64,000 nucleotides of DNA, from NCBI GenBank assembly GCA_009777235.1, contig WRMH01000011.1:2171-66170 (forward strand), written 5' to 3'. A model generated the notes under the pieces. It did not search any database. It saw only the letters and a list, made by a program, of their open reading frames with translations, and was not told the DNA's origin. The position numbers and the translations under genes were made by a program. The stretch is from Oscillospiraceae bacterium. GTDB taxonomy: Bacteria; Bacillota; Clostridia; Oscillospirales; Oscillospiraceae. Below are positions 18,591-28,900 of the stretch, piece after piece. Position 1 is the stretch's first letter, and each line of letters opens with the position of its first letter.

Positions 18591-19784
18591 TTACAGAGCC
18601 ACGCAGCTTATCTCGTCTTTTTGCAGCCTTACTTTTATTTTATCGCCTTTTGTCACATCGTTTGCCGATTTTATTACCGTATCGCTGTCGGCATGGCGCG
18701 CTATGGCATACCCGCGCCCCAACACCTTGAGAGGGCTCATCGCGTCGAGCGACGCTGCCGCCGATAAAAAGCGTTTTTTGCTCTCCGCCACTTTCCATTG
18801 CATTGCCGCTATCAGTTTTTCTGTGCCCCTGTCAAGCCCGATCCGTTTGTCATTTATGTAGTTGCCGGGGTTTTGCAGTACCCTTTTGCCGGACATATCG
18901 CATAATCTTTGCCTGTAGATTTTAAGCCTGCCTGCCGCAGCCTGCCGCAGCCTTATATTTGCCGACAGCAACTTGCCATAAATCTCCATCATGTCGGGAA
19001 CAGCTATCTCGGCAGCGTTTGACGGCGTTGCGGCCCTGACATCGGCAACAAAATCGGCTATAGTAACATCCGGTTCGTGCCCGACCGCCGATATTATCGG
19101 TATGTCGGACGCGAAAATCGCCCTTGCAACCTTTTCGTCATTAAACGCCCACAAATCTTCTATCGAGCCGCCGCCCCGCCCGGTTATGATGATATCCGCC
19201 TGTTTTGTCTCATTTGCCTCTCTTATGGCCTTTGCTATCTCCTGCGGCGCTTCAACCCCCTGTACCCGCACCGGCATTACGATAACCCCGGCAAGCGGCC
19301 AGCGTTTTTTCAAAATTCTTAGTATATCTTGCACGGCGGCTCCGGCGGGAGAGGTGATGACCGCGATTTTACCCGGAAAGCGCGGGAGGGGCTTCTTGTG
19401 CCTTTCGTCAAAAATGCCTTCGCTTTGCAGTTTTTCTTTAAGCTGCTCATATGCAAGGTAAAGCTCGCCGATACCGTCGGGGATCATGTCGCTGACATAT
19501 AGCTGGTACAGTCCGTCGCGGGGAAACACCTGGACTTTTCCGCACGCAACTATGCTCATCCCGCTTTTCGGCAAAAAGCGCAGCTTCATTGAGCTGCCTT
19601 TGAACATGACGCATTTGAGCGAGCTGTCGGCGTCTTTCATCGTAAAGTAATGATGTCCCGACGGGTATATCTTATAATTTGAAAGCTCGCCTTTGACATA
19701 TAACCCCGCAAGGGCATTATCCGCATCAAGCACACGCTTGATGTAGCTGTTTAGTTCCGTGACGGTGTAGGTTTTACTATACAT
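18591..19784 (-). CDS. xseA: exodeoxyribonuclease VII large subunit
   Basis: Start at MYSKTYTVTELNSYIK. OB-fold N-terminus. ITGRGGGSIEDLWAFNDE motif. Confidence 0.9.
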   Translation of the reverse strand: MYSKTYTVTELNSYIKRVLDADNALAGLYVKGELSNYKIYPSGHHYFTMKDADSSLKCVMFKGSSMKLRFLPKSGMSIVACGKVQVFPRDGLYQLYVSDMIPDGIGELYLAYEQLKEKLQSEGIFDERHKKPLPRFPGKIAVITSPAGAAVQDILRILKKRWPLAGVIVMPVRVQGVEAPQEIAKAIREANETKQADIIITGRGGGSIEDLWAFNDEKVARAIFASDIPIISAVGHEPDVTIADFVADVRAATPSNAAEIAVPDMMEIYGKLLSANIRLRQAAAGRLKIYRQRLCDMSGKRVLQNPGNYINDKRIGLDRGTEKLIAAMQWKVAESKKRFLSAAASLDAMSPLKVLGRGYAIARHADSDTVIKSANDVTKGDKIKVRLQKDEISCVAL

Positions 19785-20310
19785 TTTGCCCCCGCTCCGC
19801 AGACCCCGTCTCGCACGTCGTCTGCCCCGCCTCATTTTCCGACCCGCCATGCCCGGATTTGCCGCCGCAGCACTCAGAGCGGTAAAAGCTCCCCAAAATA
19901 CCGTTTATGAATGAGCGCGTTTCGGGTGTCTCATATTTTTTCGACAGCTCAACGGCTTCGTTGATTGCCGCGTTATCCGGGACATCGGGCATATAGAGCA
20001 CTTCAAACATGGCAATTTTCATTATGGTCGCCGCTGTTTTTGATATTCTGTCATACTTCCATCCGACGGCATATTTTTGGATATATCCGTCAAGCTCCGG
20101 CGCATTTTCATATACGCCCGTGACGACGCAGGTTATGTAGTCGAGCTGTTTTTTTGCCGGTTTTTTTGCGTAGAGCCTGTCTTCTCCCGAGAGCGTCTCG
20201 TAATATTCATCGTCGAATGCGCGTCTTAAAAACTCGCCCGGGTCGGAAGGGTTTTCGGATAAGGCAAAGCATAGCCTAACAGCCAATTCCCTTGCCGCTG
20301 TTCTGTTCAT
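19777..20310 (-). CDS. nusB: transcription antitermination factor NusB (with a ~35-aa Gly/Cys-rich C-terminal tail)
   Basis: MNRTAARELAVRLCFAL..., DRISKTAATIMKIAMFEVLY, AINEAVELSKKY. The tail overlaps the xseA start by 8 nt. Confidence 0.85.
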   Translation of the reverse strand: MNRTAARELAVRLCFALSENPSDPGEFLRRAFDDEYYETLSGEDRLYAKKPAKKQLDYITCVVTGVYENAPELDGYIQKYAVGWKYDRISKTAATIMKIAMFEVLYMPDVPDNAAINEAVELSKKYETPETRSFINGILGSFYRSECCGGKSGHGGSENEAGQTTCETGSAERGQNV

Positions 20311-20690
20311 GCGTTTTTTGCCGCCTTTTTTAACGAGATTCCGCTAATGCTTACATTGACGGTGTTGATTTTGACGCCAATCGCTTCTTCAACTGCGGCC
20401 ATAACGGACTTTTGCACCTCTCGCCCAACCTCGCTGACAGAGCAATCCATCTGCGCGATTATAAAGACATCCGCCGTAATGACTTCATCCTCAACCGTGA
20501 TTTTAACCCCTTTTGATATGCCTTTCTTTCCGCTGACAGCGGTGAGCTCCCTGCCCGGGTATTGGTAAAGCCCGTAAACCCCGTCAACATCAGATGCCGC
20601 CGCCGCCGCTATGGTGGCGACCACGCTGTGGCAAATACTGACGCTGCCTTTTTCGTCGCTTGTTTTGATGTATCCTTTTGTTTCCGGCAT
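20307..20690 (-). CDS. Asp23/Gls24-family alkaline shock protein
   Basis: 127 aa. SVVATIAAAAASDVDGV, GVKITVEDEVITADVFI, VQKSVMAAVEEAIG. Confidence 0.85.
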   Translation of the reverse strand: MPETKGYIKTSDEKGSVSICHSVVATIAAAAASDVDGVYGLYQYPGRELTAVSGKKGISKGVKITVEDEVITADVFIIAQMDCSVSEVGREVQKSVMAAVEEAIGVKINTVNVSISGISLKKAAKNA

Positions 20691-20802
20691 TGTAGTTCTC
20701 CTGTTATAGATTATTGTTGTTTGCGTTATCTATGCTTTTGCTTATTGATTTCGTATGTTTATTGATCTCGCATCGTCCGCGTTCGTCGCATTTTGTATCA
20801 TT

Positions 20803-21765
20803 TTAGCATATCATCTTTAAAACTTCAAGCTCACCGGGTACGCTCGGCAAGCCGCCGTGAGTTTGCGTCGAAAGAGCGGCGGCTGTGACGGCAAACCTTG
20901 TTATTTCCGCAAGGTCTTTTCTGTTTAGTTCTTCTGGAGCTTTACCGAGCTTTAATATCCGGCTCATCGCGCTGCCAAAGAAAATATCTCCGGCGCCCGT
21001 GGTATCTATCGCCTTTACGGGCGGCGGCAGCTCGCGGACCGCCTCACTGCGGGTGGCCAAATATGCCCCTTTCGGCCCGCATGTCAGCATTACAAGTTTT
21101 GCGTCCGTTTCATCTAAAATCTTTTTTACCCCGATTTGCGTATCGGAGCTTATATCAATGCGGTATGTAAACTCCACTTCCTCATCGCTGATTTTTATCA
21201 CATCCGCCTGCCGGAGCCCCCACAGTATCTGCTCTCTCGCGGCATCTTCACTGTCCCAGAGGACAGGTCTGTAATTTGGATCGAAAAGAATGTTCGTATC
21301 ATTTAACGCGGCATATTCCACAGCTTTTTTTACCGCCGTGCGGCAAGGTTCATTTGTCATTGGCAATGAGCCAAAGTGCAGATATTTGGCGTTTCTTATA
21401 TGCGATAAGTCAAGCTCGTCAAATCGCAGGCATGTGTCAGCGCCGGGTTTGCGCGAAAAACTAAACGAGCGGTTGCCCGTGTTGTCGAGCGTGACAAAGG
21501 AAAGCGTGGTGAACACATCCGGGTCTTTTATTATTCCCGATACCTCGACGCCGCTGTTTTTTAGCGAATTTATCAGCAGCTTGCCAAATGCATCGTCGCC
21601 GACCTTCGCATATGTGTATGTCACCGCCCCGTATTTCGCGAGCGCGGCAAGGAATATACCGCAAGCTCCGCCCGCTTTCGCGGCAACCGTGGGGTATCCC
21701 GCCTCATCCGCGCAAACCGGCGCGAAGTCAATAATAAGCTCGCCAATCGCCGCTACATCATACAT
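20803..21765 (-). CDS. PfkB-family sugar kinase (fructokinase-like)
   Basis: MYDVAAIGELIIDF, GGA..N, DTTGAGDIFFG anion hole motif. Confidence 0.8.
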   Translation of the reverse strand: MYDVAAIGELIIDFAPVCADEAGYPTVAAKAGGACGIFLAALAKYGAVTYTYAKVGDDAFGKLLINSLKNSGVEVSGIIKDPDVFTTLSFVTLDNTGNRSFSFSRKPGADTCLRFDELDLSHIRNAKYLHFGSLPMTNEPCRTAVKKAVEYAALNDTNILFDPNYRPVLWDSEDAAREQILWGLRQADVIKISDEEVEFTYRIDISSDTQIGVKKILDETDAKLVMLTCGPKGAYLATRSEAVRELPPPVKAIDTTGAGDIFFGSAMSRILKLGKAPEELNRKDLAEITRFAVTAAALSTQTHGGLPSVPGELEVLKMIC

Positions 21766-21780
21766 AACGCACACTCCAAA

Positions 21781-22116
21781 TCAGTCGCTCCATGTTTTCC
21801 AGACTTCGGGACAGTAACCGATCGTAGCTGTCTTTTTGTTTCGCACTATCGGCGTCTTTAAGAGCTTTGGGTTTTCCATCAGCTTTTGCTCTTTATCCGC
21901 TTCATATGCCAAATATGCGAGCATTTCCGCACCATCCGCTTTTTTGTCAATCATTGCGTCAAGACCGACAGCGTTTTTTACCGAGGCAAACTCGCCCCGG
22001 CTGAGTCCTTTGCTGAGAACATCAATACGCTGACAGTAAACGCGCCGCTCGCGAAAGTAACGCTCGGCTTTTTGCGTATCAAAGCATTTTGTTTTTCCGA
22101 AAATCTGAATATTCAT
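21781..22116 (-). CDS. ArsC/Spx/YffB-family thioredoxin-fold protein
   Basis: MNIQIFGKTKCFDTQKAERYF..., 111 aa, C-terminal PIVRN. Confidence 0.75.
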   Translation of the reverse strand: MNIQIFGKTKCFDTQKAERYFRERRVYCQRIDVLSKGLSRGEFASVKNAVGLDAMIDKKADGAEMLAYLAYEADKEQKLMENPKLLKTPIVRNKKTATIGYCPEVWKTWSD

Positions 22117-22185
22117 AGGAGTATATTATATCATATTTACATGATATAATATAAAAAATATGTACTTATAGGGGAGTAATCATAT

Positions 22186-24213
22186 ATGAAAACATACTAT
22201 GTGGCAAAAACAGGCTGCGATACCAATCCCGGCACGAAGGATTTACCGTTTCTTACCATAAACGCCGCCGCCGAAGTCGCAAGGGCGGGCGACGCTGTTG
22301 TTGTACACGAGGGGGAATATCGGGAATGGGTCAAGCCGCACGAGGGCGGGCATAGCAATGCTCGCCGCATCACTTACGCGGCCGCCGACGGTGAGCGCGT
22401 CGTCATAAAAGGCTCTGAGCGTATACAATCGTGGGAACAGGTGAAATCTTGCGATACCGTGTGGAAAGCGGTTTTGCCAAACTCATTTTTCAACGGCTAT
22501 AACCCCTACCGGGAGATCGTTGTCGGAGACTGGCTGCTTGAACCGCAAGGACGCTCGGCTCATCTCGGGGACGTATATCTAAACGGTATGTCATTTTATG
22601 AGGCCGAGAGCGCGGAACATGTTTTTCGCCCAAAAATACGCACCGAAACGCTCGACCATTGGACAAAAAAGATGACTCCGATAAAAAATACGAACCAGAC
22701 CAAATACTTATGGTTTGGCACGGTAGATGCCGAGAACACTACTATTATCGCCAACTTTCACGGCGCCGACCCAAACAAAGAGCTTGTCGAGATCAATGTA
22801 CGCAAATGCTGTTTCTACCCTGAAAAAACCGGAATAAATTATATCACCGTGCGCGGTTTTGAAATGGCGCAAGCCGCCTGCCCGTGGACTCCCCCAACGG
22901 CCGACCAGCCCGGACTTATCGGGGCACATTGGAGCCGCGGCTGGATCATTGAAGATAATATCATTCACGACGCCAAATGCAGCGCCGTCTCCATAGGCAA
23001 AGAAATCTCGACCGGGCATAACGACCGCACTTTCCGCAAGGATAGGCCGGGCTATCAATATCAGCTTGAGGCAGTTTTTAAAGCAAGGAAAATCGGTTGG
23101 TCAAAAGAGAAAATCGGATCACATATCATTCGCAACAATGTGATCTATGACTGCGGTCAAAATGGCATAGTCGGTCATCTCGGCTGCGTTTTTAGTGAGA
23201 TTTACGGAAATCATATCTATAATATCGCGGTGCGCCGCGAGTTTTACGGGCACGAGATTGCCGGAATCAAACTCCACGCCCCTATTGACGTGCAAATCCG
23301 AAACAATCACATACACGACTGCTCGCTCGGTATCTGGATGGACTGGCAGGCGCAGGGTACGCGCATTTCCAAAAATCTGCTCTATGATAACAACCGGGAC
23401 CTCTTTATGGAGGTTTCACACGGGCCGTCGCTGATTGATTATAACATCTTTGGCAGCGCGTATGCTCTTCACAACGACGCGCAGGGCATGGCGTATGTCC
23501 ACAATCTGTTTGCGGGTAAATTTGCCCTGCATTTTTCTACAGACCGCGCCACGCCATATCATGTTCCGCACAGCACTGAAGTTGCCGGATTTTCAGCTAT
23601 CTTTGGCGGTGACGACAGATATTACCAAAACATTTTTATCGGCGGGCGCACAGACGACATGGTTGGGCTTGCGGGTTTTGCCGGGCATACCGTCTCTTTG
23701 GATGAATACATGGATATAGTAGACTCCCGTCAGCCTTGCGACCACACCGAGTTTATGAGCGTAAAGCAGCCTGTCTATGCCTCGGGCAATGTGTATTTTG
23801 GCGGGGCTGTCGGTCTTGAGCGTGAAAATGACAAGCTCGACTTTGGCGAATTTGACGCCGGATTTGCGATAGAAAAAGCGGCCGCTGTCTGCTGCCGCGA
23901 AAAAGATTCTATCACGGATGATGGCATGGGCGATTTTCGCGAGGGGGATTCTCGCGATAACAATTGCGCCGATGGGGAACACGCTGTTTTCTTGAATATC
24001 ACCTTGCCCGAGAGCTTTGATTTATACAGATCGGCTGCTCATACCACCCGCTCGCTCGGGCGCGCACGCATCGTTGACGCGGATTACGAGATGCCCGACG
24101 GCAGGCCGCTTGTATTAGATGTTGATTATCTCGGCAACGGGGTTGATGACGTTTCGGTAGCAGGGCCTGTCAGCACGCTAAAACCCGGCAAAAACCGGGT
24201 GCGCGTGTGGTGA
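22186..24213 (+). CDS. right-handed parallel beta-helix repeat protein (possible cytoplasmic polysaccharide lyase/hydrolase)
   Basis: MKTYYVAKTGCDTNPGTKDLPFLTINAAAEVARAGDAVVVHEGEY, then repeated N.I.D/N.I.H turns (IIHDAKCSAVSIG, IRNNVIYDCGQNGIVGH, IRNNHIHDCSLGIWMD). No signal peptide. Confidence 0.7.
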   Translation: MKTYYVAKTGCDTNPGTKDLPFLTINAAAEVARAGDAVVVHEGEYREWVKPHEGGHSNARRITYAAADGERVVIKGSERIQSWEQVKSCDTVWKAVLPNSFFNGYNPYREIVVGDWLLEPQGRSAHLGDVYLNGMSFYEAESAEHVFRPKIRTETLDHWTKKMTPIKNTNQTKYLWFGTVDAENTTIIANFHGADPNKELVEINVRKCCFYPEKTGINYITVRGFEMAQAACPWTPPTADQPGLIGAHWSRGWIIEDNIIHDAKCSAVSIGKEISTGHNDRTFRKDRPGYQYQLEAVFKARKIGWSKEKIGSHIIRNNVIYDCGQNGIVGHLGCVFSEIYGNHIYNIAVRREFYGHEIAGIKLHAPIDVQIRNNHIHDCSLGIWMDWQAQGTRISKNLLYDNNRDLFMEVSHGPSLIDYNIFGSAYALHNDAQGMAYVHNLFAGKFALHFSTDRATPYHVPHSTEVAGFSAIFGGDDRYYQNIFIGGRTDDMVGLAGFAGHTVSLDEYMDIVDSRQPCDHTEFMSVKQPVYASGNVYFGGAVGLERENDKLDFGEFDAGFAIEKAAAVCCREKDSITDDGMGDFREGDSRDNNCADGEHAVFLNITLPESFDLYRSAAHTTRSLGRARIVDADYEMPDGRPLVLDVDYLGNGVDDVSVAGPVSTLKPGKNRVRVW

Positions 24214-24246
24214 CGGGGAGAGCTGTTTGAGGCATATAACTGCTTT

Positions 24247-25662
24247 TTACGGCACTTGCAGCATTATGGCGTTTTCGATGCGCCTTTTGAAAAGCTCGCA
24301 TCCGAATTTATAAATGCCGCTTATGCTTCCGGTATCATGATATGCGTTTGCCGCGCACCCGCCGCTGCAATAAAACCTTGCCCAGCAGCATGAACACTCT
24401 TCTTTTGAATATATGCCGCAAACCGCAAACTCCGAGAGCAGTTTGCGGTTTGTTACGCCCTGCCATACATCGCCCATTTTCATCTTATCATCGCCGATAA
24501 ACTGATGGCACGGATAAAGCTCCCCGTTTGGCGTCACGGCAAGATACTCCGTCCCCACGCCGCATCCGGCAATACGCTTGTGTATGCAAGGCCCAGAGGT
24601 CAGATCAAGCATGAAGTGATAAAAGTTAAATCCCTTGTCTATCGCCTTTCGCCTTTGCATTTCAAGGGCGAGTTTATCATACTCTCCGAGCAGCCCGGTC
24701 AGGTCGTCCATTGTAAACCCGAGCGGGTTTTTATGCTTTGTAACTACCGGTTCGAGCGATATTTCTCCAAACCCAATGTCTGCTATATGCAAAATGTCGT
24801 TTGAAAAATCAATGTTTTCTTTTGTGAATGTGCCTCTGATATAATAGCCCTTTTCCCTGCGCTCTTTGACAAATTTTTTGATTTTCGGCAATATTTCCCC
24901 GTAGCTGCCGCCGCCGCCCGGCACAGTGCGCATTTTATCGTGTATATCCGGGCGTCCGTCAAGGCTAAACACGACATTGTGAAACTCCCGGTTTGCAAAA
25001 CTAATGACGTCGTCGTCAATGAGCAATCCGTTTGTCGTGAGCGTAAAGCGAAATTTCTTATCCGTCTCTTTTTCGAGCCGCCGCGCATATGCGACGGTAT
25101 CTTTGCATACCTGCCAATTTAGCAATGGCTCGCCCCCGAAAAAATCAATATCAAGGGTTTTGCGCCCGCCGGAGTTTGAAACGAGAAATTCAAGTGCTTT
25201 GTTTGCGGTCTCCTGCGGCATGAGTTTTTGCTCGGTGGAATTTTCAAAGCCGCCCTTTGCAAAGCAATAGGCGCAAGACATATTGCATGTATGCGCCACG
25301 TTCAGACATAAGGCTTTGATTGGTGCGAAACTGTTCGCCATGCCCCCGCCGATTTTACCCCCGTCGAGAGCGTCCGAAAAGCTGTCTTTTGTAAACAGTT
25401 CCCCTTTGCTAATGAGCAGCTCTATATCCACAAGTATCATCAGTACGTCTTGTTCAGACAGCTTTGGATGCTTTTTTTCAATATGCCTTGTGATACGCTT
25501 TGCAAGGGTTTTGAGTTCACCGCTGCCGGCCGGCGGTTCATGTTCGCGCATATCTTCATACACGCAAATAACATCATACGCAGCATCGTCAACGCTATGC
25601 ACAGCGCCGCTTGCTATGTCGAGTATGATGTTACGTCCGCCGAGCTTATAGGCATGAATCAT
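24247..25662 (-). CDS. scfB: SCIFF peptide radical-SAM/SPASM maturase
   Basis: Start at MIHAYKLGGRNIILDIASGAVHSVDD. CNMSCAYC radical-SAM cluster. C-terminal SPASM cysteines (CxxCxxxFYCSGGC). Sits directly after a SCIFF precursor gene. Confidence 0.9.
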   Translation of the reverse strand: MIHAYKLGGRNIILDIASGAVHSVDDAAYDVICVYEDMREHEPPAGSGELKTLAKRITRHIEKKHPKLSEQDVLMILVDIELLISKGELFTKDSFSDALDGGKIGGGMANSFAPIKALCLNVAHTCNMSCAYCFAKGGFENSTEQKLMPQETANKALEFLVSNSGGRKTLDIDFFGGEPLLNWQVCKDTVAYARRLEKETDKKFRFTLTTNGLLIDDDVISFANREFHNVVFSLDGRPDIHDKMRTVPGGGGSYGEILPKIKKFVKERREKGYYIRGTFTKENIDFSNDILHIADIGFGEISLEPVVTKHKNPLGFTMDDLTGLLGEYDKLALEMQRRKAIDKGFNFYHFMLDLTSGPCIHKRIAGCGVGTEYLAVTPNGELYPCHQFIGDDKMKMGDVWQGVTNRKLLSEFAVCGIYSKEECSCCWARFYCSGGCAANAYHDTGSISGIYKFGCELFKRRIENAIMLQVP

Positions 25663-25670
25663 CTTTCGGA

Positions 25671-25856
25671 TTATCGCGCTTTCGTTTGCAAGCCGGTTTT
25701 GCTTATATCTGCGGGTTTTGTATTTTCGCACCGTTGGTTTGCCACGCCGCAGGATGTTTTGCACGCGGATTGGCAAGATGTCTGGCACTGCCCGCATCCG
25801 CCGTCAATGAGGCTTTTTGAAAGGCTGCGAGTCTTTATGGTCACTATTCTTTGCAT
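25671..25856 (-). CDS. scfA: SCIFF (six-cysteines-in-forty-five) ribosomal peptide precursor
   Basis: MQRIVTIKTRSLSKSLIDGGCGQCQTSCQSACKTSCGVANQRCEN... has six Cys in the canonical spacing. Its stop is 9 nt before the maturase start. Confidence 0.85.
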   Translation of the reverse strand: MQRIVTIKTRSLSKSLIDGGCGQCQTSCQSACKTSCGVANQRCENTKPADISKTGLQTKAR

Positions 25857-25927
25857 TGTTTACTCCTTATTTTGTATTTACTTTAATCAGTATATCACTT
25901 CATATTTCGGCTTTCAATATTTTTCGT

Positions 25928-28900
25928 CTATACCTCAACTGTTCCGGCGTATGTTTTGGTGGCGGAGCCTGTCATGAAAACCCTGCTGCCGTCATAGCGA
26001 ATTATAAGGTCGCCGCCCGGGAGCTTTACCGTGATGTCGGTATCACGCTTGCAATGCCCGTTTTCACAAGCAGCTATGGCGGCGGCGCAAGCGCCTGTGC
26101 CGCAAGAGAGCGTTTCTCCGCTGCCGCGCTCCCACACGCGCACAAGCAAAGTGTTCTCGTCCAAAACCAGAGTGAACATTGTATTCACACGCTCGGGAAA
26201 TATCGGGGCATTCTCAAATTTCGGCCCGATTTCTTCCAAATCAAGCGTATGCACGTCGTCGCAAAAAACAACGCAGTAGGGATTGCCGAGCGAAAGGCAG
26301 GTTATCTCATGCTCACCGCCGGCTATATGCACGTTTTTACCGATAATCTTCTCTGTGTCAAGATTTACGGGGATTTTTGCGGGGTCAAACACGACTTCCC
26401 CCATGTCGGTAGTAACCGTTGAAACCTTGCCTCCGATTGTCGCCGCGCGCATTGTTATAATAATGCCGCACATTTCAACAAGCACTTCCGGTTTATACAC
26501 GCTCCCCTCGTCATACAGAAACTTGCATACGCAGCGCAAGGCATTTCCGCACACTCCGCCTTCGGTGCCGTCGGGATTGTACACTCTTACTTTGGCGTCC
26601 GCCCTTTTTGAAGACTCAATGAGGACTATGCCGTCTCCGCCGACGCCGAGATGACGGTCGCTGAGCTTTATGCTCAGGCTTTCGGGGTCTGTTATAACGT
26701 TATAACCCATGCAGTTAAAGTATATGTAATCGTTTCCGCATGTTTGGATTTTGGTAAATTTGAGTTCCCTTTTGCTCGGGCGCATATCGTTTATGTTTAC
26801 AAGCTCTATCGTGGTGTCCCAATACTTGCTCATGAGACAGTCCGCGACGGCGTTTGCCGTGTCAATGGACGTTAAGCACGGAACGCTGCGCTCTACGGCT
26901 TTTCTGCGGATTTTCACGCTGTCCCTGTCCGGGTCGCGGCCTTTTGCCGACGTGGAAATGACATAGCTGATCTTTCCGCTTTCTATGAGCGGGAGTATGT
27001 TGTTTTCGCTTTCATGGATTTTGCCGACGGAGACCGTGTTAAGGCCGACACGCGAAAGAACCGCCGCCGTGCCGCCCGTCGCGTATATCTCAAATCCCAG
27101 CTTTGCGAATTTATGCGCGACATGCAGTATCTGCGCCTTGTCACGGTCGCGTACCGATATGAATATACCCCCTGTTTTTTTCATCTTATAGCCAGCGGCC
27201 CGCATACCTTTATATAACGATTCTTCGCGCGTGGACGCTATGCCGAGCACCTCTCCGGTTGACTTCATTTCCGGCCCGAGCTGAGTGTCCACATTGCTGA
27301 GCTTTTCAAATGAAAAGACCGGAACTTTTACCGCAACATACGGGGACTGCCTGAAAATATCAGTGCCGTAGCCCATGCCCGCGAGCTTTTCACCGAGCAT
27401 ACAGCGCGTCGCGAGGTCTATCATTGGCACACCCGTCACCTTGCTTATATATGGAACAGTGCGCGACGAGCGAGGATTGACTTCAATGACAAAAAGCTCC
27501 CCTTCACTGAGCAGATATTGAATGTTTACGATACCTATGATTCCGAGCTGTGACGCTAATTTTTTTGTATGATCGAGGATTTTTCCCGCCATATAGTCGT
27601 CCACGTTCCACGCCGGATAAACCGCAATCGAGTCGCCCGAATGAACCCCCGCGATTTCGATATGCTCCATTATGCCCGGTATAAGAATGTCGCTGCCGTC
27701 GCATATCGCATCCACCTCAAGCTCCGTGCCGGGCAGATATTTGTCAATGAGTATCGGATTTTCAAGGCTTTGCCGGAGAATGATGTCCATATATTCGCGG
27801 ATATCGTCTTCACTGAACGCTATTATCATGTTTTGGCCGCCAAGCACGTATGACGGGCGCATGAGTACGGGGTAGCCGAGCTTTTGCGCGGTGAGCACCG
27901 CATCCTCCTTGGTCATTACCGTGCCGCCCTTTGGCCTTTGTATGTTCAGCTTTTCGAGCAAAGCGTCAAAACGCTCTCTGTCTTCCGCCGCGTCAATGCT
28001 GTCCGGCTGCGTCCCGAGTATTTTCACCCCTATTTTATTGAGGTAGCCTGTGAGCTTGATTGCCGTCTGGCCGCCGAACGCTACGACGGCGGCATATGGC
28101 TTTTCGTTTTCTATGATGCTGTGCGCGTCCTCGTTTGTCAGAGGTTCAAAATAGAGCCTGTCGGCCGTGTCAAAGTCGGTTGAGACCGTTTCGGGGTTGT
28201 TATTGACCATGATAACATTGTAGCCGGCAGCCCGCAGCGCCCATACGCAGTGAACCGACGCATAGTCAAACTCTATCCCCTGCCCTATGCGGATAGGTCC
28301 CGAGCCGAATACGATAATGGTTTGCTTAGAGCCGCTTTGCACGGCTTCATTTTCACCTTCATATGATGAGTAGTAGTACGCGCAATCAGGCGCGGCGTTT
28401 GCCGTATCGGAGGCGGAGCTTGACGCGCGTGTGCCGACCATTTTAAATACGGGATAGCGCGGGTTTAAAATCTTTTTGCCCGAAAGCCTCTCTATGACCG
28501 CATCCGGCCATCCCATGCGCTTAGCCTCTAAGTACAAAGCGTCGTCAAGAGGATTTGCGCTTTTTTCGTAAGCGCGAAGTTCCCGTTCCATATTTACCAG
28601 ATTGTTTAGTTTGCCGAGAAACCACTTGTCAATTTTGGTTATATCATAAATTTCATCTATCGGGATTTTGCGGTATAACGCTTCGTATACCACGAAGATA
28701 CGCTCATCTGTAATATCATGCAAACGCTCGCGGATTTTATCCGTCCCTTGGCTCTTGCAAATTTTATCTATAAACGAGTCCTTGCCGATTTCCGCGCCGC
28801 GCACCGCTTTCATCATGGCTTCCTCAAATGACTTGCCAATCGCCATAACCTCTCCCGTGGCTTTCATCTGCGTACCGAGCGTACGTTTTGCGTACACAAA

